Notes under the pieces: model-generated
Databases searched by the model: none
The model's input: the letters and a program-made list of their open reading frames with translations, nothing else
What the model was told of the DNA's origin: nothing
Assembly: GCF_030684315.1 (NCBI RefSeq)
Contig: NC_081387.1
Span: forward strand, 6,366,497-6,430,496
Length of the DNA stretch: 64,000 bases
Origin: Stegostoma tigrinum
Lineage: Eukaryota
Direction of reading: 5' to 3'
Part shown: piece by piece, positions 35,148 to 48,537 of the stretch
How positions within the stretch are numbered: position 1 is the first letter of the stretch
How the letters are laid out: each line of letters begins with the position of its first letter
Program-made: the position numbers and the translations under genes

Positions 35148-38100
35148 GTAAGTACAGAATTAATTTCCATTCTCTTCTCCCCTCTCTGTCTCTGGGGTGA
35201 ATGTGAATCTCTTGGTGAGAGTTTGAAATGGGGGCTGTTTGACCAGCCGCCTGTTATCCAGCCAGCCTGATATTTTACACACTGAAGGAAGCGCAGTCTG
35301 AGAGACTCATTTGAGTCCTGGTCATCTGACAGCAGGATGTAGAAACCCCGAGATCAGAAAAGCTCGGAGCAAGTGGGAAATGGTTCGAATGGACAATTTT
35401 AATTTCACTTCGATTGGGAGAAGCCAAACAGCTACACCTATCCTGGTCTAAAATCTTGTAAATACTGCTGGGAGGAGGAGGATATTTTGTTTAAACCAAT
35501 GCATTGATGTGGTGAATTAAAGGAAAAATCATGCTGTGGGAGAATTTCTGAACTTTTGGAATCTTTCTTGGTCCGTCTTTCAATGTGTTTTGCACATGAC
35601 AAGGGAGCAGATTGTGGCCATGATCTGACGAAACAGAAATAGCTTACACCATGCCCTTAAGGGGAGAATTTGTAAACTGGAAATGTGGTGGCGCATTGAA
35701 TTTATGTAGACGAGCGGATTTGCCACAAAAACTGAACTGCTTCAACTTCTCTGAGGTGTCAGGGATGGATCGATGGGTCGGGGGTGGTAAAGCAAGGGGA
35801 GAAGTCTTGAGGACTGCAAGATTGAAATAATTCCAGTAAAGGATAAGAATTCCACTTGTAGAGCCAAAGTTCACATATTGGGCAAGGCCTAGTCCAAAGT
35901 CGAAGATTGTATCTGCAAATGCAAAATGCATGTGATAATGGGAGAAATAAATGAAACAATAAAGACACAGAAGGATTTTTCTGGGAAAATTCAGGTACTA
36001 AAAAAGGCCAAAAGAAAACTGCGTGTAGGAACATGTTTGACAGTGTGCATGAGGCTGTTATTGGACGCTGCGGGAAATGCTGCAGATGAGCATATTTCAA
36101 CAGGCCCGAACCACTGCTCCTTATGGTCAAGGAAGTGTTTATGTAAATGAGCTGCCAGAGGAAGTGGTGGAGGCTCGTCCAATGAAAACATTTAAAAGGC
36201 TTCTCGATGAGTACAGTCACTGTTGTCATGTGAAGGACCACATCTCCAATGGTGCCAACCCCGTCCAAGTGCACCACTTAACAGTTTTGCTTTGACAGTG
36301 TAACTTCCCACAGTACTGACCCTTCAACAGTATAGCACATACTCAGTACTGTCACTCTGACACTGCAGCATTCCTACATGAGTTGACACTCCTGCAGTGT
36401 AACTGTTTACTTTGACAGTGCAGTATTCCCACAGTTTTGTCTCTCTGCCACTGTAGCATCCCCACAATACTGACCGTCCAACAATGCAGTGTTCCTTCAG
36501 TACTGAGCCTCTGCCAGCATCGCACTTTGTCAATGTTGTTCCTTTGACACTGTAACATTTCCACTGTTGCAGGTCTGGCAGCATTCGAGGCTCTGAAGTA
36601 GGGTCGCTGGACCCGAAAAGTTAACTCTGCTTCCTGTCCAGACCTACTGAGTTTTATCGGCAATCTGGGATTTGATTTTTTTTTGGTTTAACATTCCCAC
36701 TGTACTGATAGTATAACAATGCGTTGTTCCCTCTGTACTGCTCCTCTGAGAGTGTAGCATTCCTGTAGTAGTGACTCTTGAACACCAACGTATTCAGTAC
36801 CAACCTTCCGCATCCCTCCTTTCTTATGTTCCTAACTTTGTGTAGAAACATCCTTTTTTCTCTGGCAGTGTCCAGCTGAAACTGCAAGATTGCTGTAGGA
36901 TAGTCCTGAAATTTTAAGACCGAAGTGCTGCCGACAAAGAGACCTTAGAGGACAGGTTCATTGTTCCTTGAAAGTGGAATTGGAGGTAGACAGAACAGTG
37001 AAGAAGGTGTTTGGTAAACTTGCTATTATTGGTCTGTGCATTGAGTATAAGAGTTGGGAGGTCATCCTGTGTCTGTACGGGACATTAGTTAGGCCACTTT
37101 AGGAATACTGTGTTCAATTCCTGTCTCCCTGCTATAGGAAAGGTATTGTGAAATTTCAAAGGGCTCAGAAAACATACAAAATGTTGCCAGAGTTGGAGGA
37201 TTTGAGCTATAGGGAGAGGCTGAAATAGACTGGGGCTATTTTCCCTGGAACATCAGATAGTGAGATTATAGACGTTTATAAAAACATGAGGGACATGGAT
37301 TTGGTGTCTAGTCAGGTTCTTTTCATAAGTGTCAGCAAGTCCAAAACCAGAGGGCATATGTTTAAGATGAGAGGGGAAAGATTTAAAACGGACCTAAAGG
37401 GCAACTTTTTCACACAGAGGGTGGTGTGTGTCAGGAATGAGCTGCCAGAGGAAGTGGTGGAGGTTGGTACAGTTACCATGTTTAAAAGGCATCTGGATAG
37501 GTATAAGAATAGGAAAGATTTAGAGGGATATGGGCTAGCAAATGGGATTAGATTACTTGAGGATATCTGGTCAGCATGGATGAGTTGGACTGATGGTCTG
37601 TTTCTGTGCTGTAGAACTCTCTGACTGTCTGACACTGTGATTTTGTCTTCCCATGTCTGTTACCTTCTCTCACCTCAGCCTGCTCCATTCTCATCTCCAA
37701 CAATTTTTGAGGGGGCCTTCGCCATTTTATCATGAATACTTAGGCTGCCTGATCAAACACAGTATATTTGTACCCTATGACCCTCTTTCCACATCCCTCA
37801 CTCAGTCCTTTTATTACATCTTGACTTGACTGTTCCAACACCTTCCTGGTCAGCTCCATCCCCATCCCTCCAGGATTGTTAGCTGTGAGTGGGGACTGCA
37901 GGGAGGATAAGCAAACCCACCAGTACACCATGCTACAGGGAGCCATTCAGTTGAGGAGAGGACATACAATTGTAGTCGTAATACTGAACAGGATAATTAC
38001 TGCAACATGGCCAAAACTGCACAGGCAAGAGGAAGCGCGCCTATAGAAAATCGTCGCTATGAACAGGTATCCCCACAACTTGAAATAAACATTGACAAAG

Positions 38101-41100
38101 GGATACAGTACACCCTAATGCGCTGGCCACACTGCCCGATATCATGGACATAACAGAATTGACAATGAGACTCCTAATACCTCTAGGAATTATGATGGCA
38201 CACAAGCCCACAGCCACTCTATGACAAACACTCACAAGGATTAAAGACCCCATTCCCACAACATGCAGAGCCAACGTAGTTTAAAAAATACCACACGATG
38301 ACTGCCACAAATATTACATTGGGCAGACAGGGAGGAAACTAACCATCAGAATGCACAAACATCTGCTAGCAGCAAAACAACACAACTAACCTTTCCTAAT
38401 ATTGGTACACTTGTACAATGAAGGCCATCAGTTTAACTGGGACAATGTAACCATCGTAGCCCAAGCCAAATGTACACATGCACGGGAATTCCTGGAGGCT
38501 AATCTTGAGGCTGGATCCGGTAATGTTGAGGGAGGCAGGTTTAATAAATGCTGTTAGTGTCAAAATAAGTAGAATTTAACATTCAGTTTAAGAGGGAGGT
38601 ACTTGGGCCAGAAACAACTGTAAATAAGGGTAGTTAGAAAGAAATAAGGGTGGAGTTGGCTGGATTGAGCTGGGAAAGAAATTTGGTGCAAGGTTTGTTG
38701 AGGGAAAATGGCCGATATTTCGGAAAATGGTTTAGATCCTTACAGCGAAGATACATCCCAATGGGTAGCAATGGATTTTAGGAAGAGGATAAACCAACCA
38801 TGGTTAACCAGGGAAGGTAAGGAAGGCATCAAAATGAAAATAAATGTAAGTTAAATGTAGCAACGGTAAGTGGCAAGCCAGAGGAATATTTTAAAAACCA
38901 ACAAAAGATGACCAAGAAATTAATAAAGAGGGAGAAGATAAAATTTGAGAGTAAACTTGAAAGTAATAGGAAAACAGACAGCAAGAGCTAATTTAAATAT
39001 CTGAAAAGGAAAAGAAAGTGATCGTAAGTCCCTAGGAGAAGGAGGTTAGGGAAATAAGACAGGGGAACCAGGAAATGATAGAGGAACTGAATAAATACTT
39101 TCCACCCATATTGACAGTAGACGATACTAATAACATTCCAAAATTACAAAATAATCAAGTGACAAAAGGAGAAGAGGACATAAATGCCTTTCAAGGGATG
39201 AAAAAATTGGTGGGAAATATAATGGGGCTAAATATCATTAAGCCCCATGGTCCTGATGGGATGCATCTGAGGATACTGAAGGAAGTAGCTACGGAGATAG
39301 TCAAAGCACTGGCCAGAATCTTCTGTGACTCCTTTGATTTGAAAATGTTCCAGTGGATGGGAAAACTGCCAAACACTTCTATTTAAGAAGGAAAGAGAGG
39401 AAAAAGACGATATATGTAGGCCAGTTAGCTTTAATATTTGTTATTAGGGAAATATTAGAGTCTATTTGAAAGGATGTAATAGCAGAGTATTTCAAAACAC
39501 ATGATATGATTGGGCAGAGTCAGGGAAATCATGTCTGATAAATTTATACAGATTCATTGAAGAAGTAATAAGCAGGATAGATAAAAGTGAAATAGTCAAT
39601 GTAATAAACTTGGATTTTCAGAAGACACTTGACTAAGTGCCACGAGCTATGTGACATAACAAGATGAATGTCTTTGATGTTGGAGGTAGTACATTTGCAT
39701 GGATATAGGATTGACTAACTGATAGAAGTCAGAGAGTTGGGGTAAAAGGGGGTATTTTCTGGATGGCTACCTATAACCAGTGGAGCGCATCAGGGATCTG
39801 TGCTGGGGCCACAGTTACTTACAATATATGTTCGTGAATTGGATGAGGGAAATGAATATATGTAGTCAAGTGTGTGGATGGCACAAAAATAAGTGGGAAG
39901 GCAAGTGCGAAGGCTGACACAAAAAGCCAATAAGTGATATAAACAGGTTAACAGAGCAGGCAGAAGCATGGCAGATAGAATGTATTGTGGGAAAATATGA
40001 ATTCACTTTGGCAGGAAGAATCGAGGAGCTGAATATTATTTAAATGGAGAATGACTGCAGAAAATTACAGCACAGTGAGATTTGAGAGCCCTTGTGTATA
40101 AAGCACAAAAATGGCTTGTGAGTTCAGCTGGTATTAGAGAAAGCAAATAAAATGTTGGCTTTTATGTCAATGATAATGAAGTATAAAATGCAAGAGATTT
40201 TGGTAAAACAATACAAGGCACTAGTCAGACCACTGTTGGAATACTGTGAACGGCTTTGGGCCCTTAATGTGAGGACAGGTGTGCTGGCGTTGGAGGTAGT
40301 CTAGAAAAGGTCCGCAAGGCTGGTAGCGGGATTGAAGAGAATGGGTTACGAAGAGATGTCGAATAAGTAGGGCCTGCACTCATTGAAGTTGAGGAGGATG
40401 AAAGCTGATCTTATTAAAACATACAAAACTTTTCAGGGCTTTGACAGGGGAGATGCAGAAAGGTTGTTTCCTCTTGGAGGGAATAATCTCAAAATGAGGG
40501 ATCGTACATTTAGAGTTGAAGTTTCCTGTCAGCGGGTGGTGAGTCTGTGGGATGTAGTGGCTGGCTTGTCAAGAATTTTCAAGGCTGAGGTAAACATACT
40601 TTGAATCAGTCGGGGCATCAAGTGTAATGGGGAATAGGTAGGAAAGAGGATTTGAGGACTATCGGATCAGCCATGACCTCAATGAATGGCAAAGCAGACT
40701 CGATGGGCTGAATGGATCACCTCTGCTCCTAAGTCTCGAGGTCTTATTGTCTTCACTGATATAGATTTGGTTTTTATATTTGACAGAGTCACACTCTCTG
40801 AGGTATTACTACACCTCGATGCTGAACAGTGGGGATTTTCCTGAATTTATTCATGTTGGAGTTTTGGATGGTGTCCAGATAACCTACTATGACAGCATTA
40901 GAAAGAAGGATATCCCTCGGCAGCCATGGATGCGGACATCACTGGACGATCAGTATTGGGAACAGGAGACACAGAGATTGATCGACCGAGAGAGACTGTC
41001 TCTCGCCAATGTGCAGATAGCAACAAGGAGAACAAACAGCAGCGAAACAGGTTAGTGCACACATGGGTTACAGAGTGGCACGTGTTCACAGAGAGTTGGG

Positions 41101-44100
41101 GTGGCACAGTGGCTCTGTGAGCCTCGCAGCACCACGGACCCGGGTTCGTTTTCACCCTCGGGCGACTGTCTGTATCGTGTTTGCACATTCTCCCTGTGTC
41201 TGTGTGGGTTTCCTCCGGGTGCTCCGGTTTCCTCCCACAGTCCAAAGACATGCAGGTTAGGTGGATTGACCATGCTGAATTGTCCCATAGTGTTCAGGGA
41301 TGTGTAGGTTAGGGGGATGGGTCCGGGTAGGATGCTGCGAGGGGCTGCGTGGACTTGTTGGGCCGAAGAGCCTGTTTCCACACTGCAGGGATTCTATGAT
41401 TTATTCTACGATCTACGAAATACTCATGTTAGAGTGTGACCCAGGTTTATGGGAGGGTTGTAATGGTGAGCACATGTTTGCGTTAGAGTATAATCCAGGT
41501 TCACAGGAGGGCTGCAATGGGTAGATATATTCTTGCGTAAGGTGTCACCCAGGCCACAAGAAATTTGACATGTTGAACACATTTTCGTGTTAGTGTGAAA
41601 CCCAGGCCACAAGAGATCTTTACTGGTGAATATACACTCCTGTCATTTTGTAACTCAGGTCTGTAGTGAAACCTGTGATGGGTTTTATGTACTCCGGTCA
41701 GGGTGTGACCCAGGTCCTCAGAGAGATCTGTAATGGTGAACATATAATCATGTGAGTGCAATGAGTATAACAGGTAAGGTAGATGAGCTTGGAACCTGGA
41801 TTAGTACATGGTTCTGTGATATTACAGTCATCACAAAAACTTGGTTCAGCGAAGGACGGGACTCGCAGCTCAACATTCCAGGGTTTAAATGTTTCCGTCA
41901 TGACAGAGAGGAATGTAACACCAGCTCCGCAAGCCAACAAATCACAACCCGAGCTACGAATTTACTCTAAATCCTCAGGAATGTAAAAGGGATGAGGTTG
42001 TTGCATTACTGATTAGGGACAAGGTACAACTGCACTGAGAGAGGGCATCTTGGAGGCTTCATCCAGCGAGGCTATATGGGCAGGACTCAGGAATGGAAAA
42101 GGTAAATTGACTATGATGGGGTTATACTACATGCCTCCCAATGGCTGGTGGGAAACAGATATTTAAGCAGATCATGGAAAGATATTTAAAAAAACAGCAG
42201 TTCAGAAAAGGTGGGTGATTTTATCTGCCCCAGTATTGACTGGGACTCCCTTACATCCAGCATGGCTTTATGCAGTGGCAGTCTTGTCTCACAAATTCGA
42301 TTGGGTTTTTTGAGGAAGAAATAAAAATGGTTGTTGAGGGTAGAGCAGTGGATATTGTCTGCATAGACTTCACAAAAGCATTTGACAAGATCACAAGTGG
42401 TAGACTGGTCCAAAAGATTTTAACACTTGGGATCCATGGTGAGGCAGGGGTTGAATGAGACAAAATTTGATTGATTGATTTATTGCTGTCACATGTACTA
42501 AGATACAGTGAACAATGTTGTTTTGCAGGAAGTCAACAGATGGAAGGCTGGTTTGCATCATGAACTGGGCTGTGTTCATGACATTCTGTGATTTCTTGTG
42601 ATCTTGGGCAGAGCAGTTGCCATACCAAGCTGTTATGCATCCAGATTAGATGCTTTCTATGGTACATCCATAAAAATTTCCTTAGCCTCACCGAGGAAGC
42701 AGAGATGTTGTGCTTTCATGACCGTCCTATCGATATGTGTGGACCAGGACAGGTTGTTAGTGACCATCACTCCTAGGAACATGACACTGTCGACCATCTC
42801 TACCTCAGTGCCATTGATGTAGACAGGGGTGTGCCCTCCACTCTGCTTCTTGGAGTCAGTGACCAGCTCTTTCGTTTTGCTGATGTTGATGAAGAGTTTA
42901 TTGTCTTTACATCATTCCTCTAAACACTCCAATCTCTTTCCCATATTCAGTCTCATCATTGTTTGTGATCTGACCTACAACAGTGGTGTTGTCAGCAAAC
43001 CTGTAAATGGAGTTGCATCAGAAGTATAAGGACTATCATAGGGGGCCGAGTACCCAGCCTTGCAGGGCGCCTGTGTTGAGGATGATGGTGGAGGAAGTGT
43101 TATCCCTTATTCTTATTGATTGCAGTTCATGTATTAGGAAGTTGAGGATCCAGTTATAGAGAGGTGGGACAAGACCTAGGTCTCACAGTTTAGAGATGTG
43201 TTTGTTAGGAATTGTGACATTGAAGGTGGAATTGTAGTCAATAAATAGGAGCCTGATATAGGTATCCTTGTTATCCGATGTTCCAGGGATGAGTGTAGGG
43301 ACAAGGAGATGGCATTTGCTGTGGGCCTGTTGCATCGAAAGGTGAATTACAAATGAACAAGTCAGTTTGGGAGTCTGGAGATAATGTGAACCATGTCTAA
43401 CCTCTTGTAGTACTTCATAATCACGGAGGTCAGTGCTGGTGGGCAGTAGTCATTGCGGCATGTTGCATGATTTTTTTTTGACACCGGCACATTTGTTCGA
43501 TACATCCAGGAGGGTTTCTTGAAATGATATGTAGGTAGTCCAACTGGGAAAGGCTGTGCTAAATTTTTTATTGAGGAGTGGGCTGAGATAAGTGATCACA
43601 TTCTTTGTGGTGAAGCATTTTAGGAACAGTGTTCACAATTCCATAAGTTTTAAGATCGTTTTAGATAAGGGTAAAACTGGTCCTCGGATGAAATATATTG
43701 AGGGAGGTTAGGCAGGAACTAGAGAAATTAAATTGGGTGTGGCTGTTGAACGATAAATTCCCATCTGAAATGAGGGAGCCTTTTAAAGGCAAGTTGATCA
43801 GCGTTTAGGACGAGCTTGTACCTGTGACATTGAAAGATAAGGATGGCACGATTCAGGAACCCTAGATGACAAGAGATATTAGAAGTTTTGTGAGAAAGAA
43901 ATAAGAAGCATAGGTAAGGCTTAGGAATATAAAAGAAGCAGGAAAGAACTTAAACAAGAAATTAGGAGGGCTAGAAGGGGCCAAGAAAGGTCCTTGAGAA
44001 GTAGGATTAAGGACTGACCCAAGGCACACATAAAGATGCATCAAGAGCGTAACTATGGAAAGAGTAGGTTCACTGACAGACAAAGAGAGAATCTCTGCAT

Positions 44101-47100
44101 GGAGCCAGGGCAAGTGGATGAGGTCCTTACAGAGTACTGTTTAAATGTATTTGCCAAGGAGAAGGGCTAATGGATGATGCTAAGTTTAGGGAGGCGTATA
44201 TGATTGAGGAGGGTTAGGTTGATATTCTGAGTCATATCGATATCAAGAAGGAGGAGGTGTTGGGTGGCTTGAAAAACATTAATGTACATAGGTTCCCAGA
44301 GCCTGATGGGATCTACCCATGGAATACTGAGGGAGGCAAGGGAGGAGATTGCTGGGGCCTTGACAGAGATCTTTGTATGCTCTTTAGCCACGGGCAAGGT
44401 CCCAGAAGACTGGAAGAGACAGTGTCTTTTTTGTTAAGAAGGGCAAAGGAATTGCCCAGGAAATTATAGGCTGCTGAGCTTTACGTCAGTGATAGCGAAA
44501 TCATTGGAGAAGATTCTAAGGGGTCAGAATAGGAATGGACTTAGAAGGGATAGTCAACATGGCTTTGTGTGTGGGAGGTCTTGTCTCACAAATTCAACTG
44601 AAGTCTCAAGAAAGTGACAGAGATGATTGTTGAGGGTAGGGCAGTGGATATTGTTTGCATGGACTTCACTAAAGAATGTGACAAGGTTGCACGTGATCCA
44701 GAATTATGATCCAGAAGATTAAGTTGCTTGGGATCCATAGTGTGTTGGCAAGTAGCGTGCAAAATTGACTTAACCATAGAGAACAGAGAGTTGTTATGGA
44801 GCAGTATTTTTCTGACCGTAGACCTGTGACCAGTGCTGCTCTGCAAGGATCCATGCTGAGACCTGTTTCTAGTATTGGATGAAGGATAGGTCGTCTGATT
44901 AGTAACTCCTCAGATGACTCAAAACTTGGTGGAGTTATGGATAATGAGGAAGGTTGTCATGGGATACAGTTAGGATATAGATCGTTTGGAAAGTTGGACA
45001 GAGAAATGGCAGATGGAGTGTAATCTGGACAAGTATGAGGTGATACATTTTAGGAGGTCAAGTGCAAGAGAAAAGTGTACAGTAAAAGCTTGGGAGCATT
45101 GATATCCAAAGGATCTTGGGGTGCAAGCCCTTAGCTTCCTGAAGGTGGAACGCAAGTGGATGAGGTGGTAAGGAAGATACAAGGCATGCTTGCTTTCATC
45201 TGTCAGGACATTGAGTATAAAAGTTGGCAGTCCATGTTGCAGCTGTTTAAGCCTTTGGTCAGACGGCATTTGGAGTATTGCATGCATTTCTGGTGACCAC
45301 ACTGCAGGAAGGATATGAAAGCTTTGGAGAGGGTATAAAAGAGGTTTTACCAAGATGTTGCCTGGATTAGAGTGTGTTAGCAATAAGAAGTTGGATAAAC
45401 AGATTGCTTTTGCTAGAGCATCAGAGGCTTGTGACAATCTGACAGAAGTATATAAATGTATGAGAGGTGTGGATAGTTGCAATCTCTTTCCCATGGTGAA
45501 AATGCCAAATACTAGGGGACATAGAGTTAAGGTGAGAGGGAATAAGTTTAAAGAAGGTGAACGAGGCTAGTTTTTTAATGCCAAGGATGGTAGGTGTCGG
45601 GGTTGGGGAAGGGGGGAACGGGGTGAGGGAGGTGGAGTGTTGGTAGAAGCAGATACAACAACAAAATTTAAGAGGCTTTTACACAGACATAGGGAAGGAA
45701 TAGAGGAATATAGACCATATGCATGCATATGGGTTTAGTTTAGAATGGCATCGTAGAATCCCTACAGTGCAGATCGCAGCCATTTGATCCACTGAGTCTA
45801 CACCAACCCTCTGAAAAGCATCCTTCCCCAGCCCCACCCCAGCCCCCCTAACCGTACAATTCCCACGGCTAATCCAATTAGCGTGCACGGCTGGGGACTC
45901 TGCAGGACAATTTAACATGACCAATCTGTCAAACCTGCACGTCTTTGGACTGTGGGAGGAAACCAGAGCGCCCAGCGGAAACCCACACAGGCATGTCAGC
46001 CAAGGCTGGAATCAAAACAGAGTCGCTGGTGCTGTGGAGCCACTGAGCTACTGTGTCACCCTATTGGCTCTCATCTGTGACAGTGGTTAGCACATTCAAT
46101 TGATAGCCCTTATGGTCAGCACCAAAAGGGTAGACCAAAGGGCTTGTTCCTGTGCTCTACTGTTTTTACAATCTGACTGTAATGGTGAATGAATATTTGT
46201 GTTAGAATATCAATCAGGGTTTGAGGTATGGTCGCGCATGATAGAGAAAATGTGTTTAACCTTGTGTCCATCATCTCCGTTGGGTTCTGGCTGTGGTTAG
46301 GTTTGAACTACCTGCAGTACACCTCGGGCTGTGAGCTGCTGGAGGATGGGACTGTCACTGGAAAACGGCATTACGCCTTCAACGGGCGAGAGCTGATCAG
46401 CTTCGACCTTGAGCACAGCACCTGGGTTGCCATCTCACCTTATGCGGAGTCCACCCAGAGGAAGTGGAACAGCAATGCAGGTGACAATGAGTACAAGCGA
46501 TACTACACAAAGAAGATTTGCATCGAGTGGTTAAACACATACCTTCGTAACGGTGCTGCAGTACTGAATCGCAAAGGTAGGTCAGACTCGAACTATGCTG
46601 TCACAAGGCAGCCATAAAATCCATGAAAATCACTCTCCTGCATGTGCACGCCTTGCAAAGACAAACCTTGCTCAGGCACAGTGCAGACATCGTTGCAACT
46701 GGGTCAATACAATATCCACACACACAGGGCAGAGAGTTCAGGGAACAGAGGCCATCCCCCCAGGTCAAAATACAGCGCATGACACATAACAGTGTACACA
46801 GTGCACAGCACAAAACAGTCTACACAGGGCACAATAAATGTGTAGATAATAAAATGTGAGGCTGGATGAACACAGCAGGGCAAGCAGCATCTCAGGAGCA
46901 CAAAAGCTGACGTTTCGGGCCTAGACCCTTCATCAGAGAGGGGGATGGGGGGAGGGAACTGGAATAAATAGGGAGAGAGGGGGAGGCGGACCGAAGATGG
47001 AGAGTAAAGAAGATAGGTGGAGAGAGTGTAGGTGGGGAGGTAGGGAGGGGATAGGTCAGTCCAGGGAAGACGGACAGGTCAAGGAGGTGGGATGAGTTTA

Positions 47101-48501
47101 GTAGGTAGCTGGGGGTGCGGCTTGGGGTGGGAGGAAGGGATGGGTGAGAGGAAGAACCGGTTAGGGAGGCAGAGACAGGTTGGACTGGTTTTGGGATGCA
47201 GTGGGTGGGGGGGAAGAGCTGGGCTGGTTGTGTGGTGCAGTGGGGGGAGGGGATGAACTGGGCTGGTTTAGGGATGCAGTAGGGGAAGGGGAGATTTTGA
47301 AACTGGTGAAAATCTCCCCTTCCCCTACTGCATCCCTAAACCAGCCCAGTTCATCCCCTCCCCCCACTGCACCACACAACCAGCCCAGCTCTTCCCCCCC
47401 ACCCACTGCATCCCAAAACCAGTCCAACCTGTCTCTGCCTCCCTAACCGGTTCTTCCTCTCACCCATCCCTTCTTCCCACCCCAAGCCGCACCCCCAGCT
47501 ACCTACTAACCTCATCCCACCTCCTTGACCTGTCCGTCTTCCCTGGACTGACCTATCCCCTCCCTACCTCCCCACCTACACTCTCTCCACCTATCTTCTT
47601 TACTCTCCATCTTCGGTCCGCCTCCCCCTCTCTCCCTATTTATTCCAGTTCCCTCCCCCCATTCCCCCTCTCTGATGAAGGATCTAGGCCCAAAACGTCA
47701 GTTTTTGTGCTCCTGAGATGCTGCTTGGCCTGCTGTGTTCATCCAGCCTCACATTTTATTATCTTGGAATCTCCAGCATCTGCAGTTCCCATTATCTCTG
47801 ACAATAAATGTGTACATGGCATAGAGCACAGTAAATGTGTACAGAGGGCATGGAGCACTGGACACAGCACAGTACACAGGCTATGGTGCACAGTGCACAA
47901 TACACAGCACAGTATATAGGGCACGGTGCACAATACATGGGACACAGGACACAGGGCAACAAGATCTGTGCACGGCACAATACACAGGGCATGATGCACA
48001 ATACACAGCCCAGTACACAGAGCACAGTACACGGGCTACTGTGCAAAATACACAGGGCATGGAGTGCAATACACAGCACAGTACACAAAGTATGGAGCAC
48101 TGCACACAGCACAGTACACATGTCACATCGCACAATACTGTACACAGGTCACAGAAAATGAGACACAGGCAACAGTGTACCATGCACAGCCCATAGCACA
48201 GTACACTGAGCTTAACTCAGGTTTCTCTCAAGGCTGGCTTCGTCAGGGAGGAGCATGAATATCCCGAAGCTGTTAGTAAGCTCGAAACAGGCAAACACTG
48301 CCAAATTGCATCAAGGTGAAACCAGCACTGAGGATGGCTACAGGTCTGGTGGTAAATTTACTGATTTGCCAAGAGTACGGGACTTGATTAAGGCTCTCAC
48401 GTAGACTGATCCCCGAGACTGTACTCTTCATTACACCATAGTTGCAGGGAATACTAGAAATTAAAACCAGTCAGAGGGAGCCATGACAGTTAAAGTGAAT
48501 G

Positions 48502-48537
<36 letters not shown>

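Noticed and set aside
35300-36130. Unexplained unique-looking intron segment with short ORFs
   Set aside because: No recognisable domain or termini; possibly an old transposon remnant, but this cannot be supported by eye.
36592-36625. Additional hammerhead-like remnants (also about 7029-7060, 34355-34385, 53531-53562)
   Set aside because: Core boxes are mutated; probably decayed pLTRs of other PLE families and not callable as ribozymes.
47161-47446. Near-identical ORFs on opposite strands
   Set aside because: A trivial consequence of the palindromic PLE insertion.
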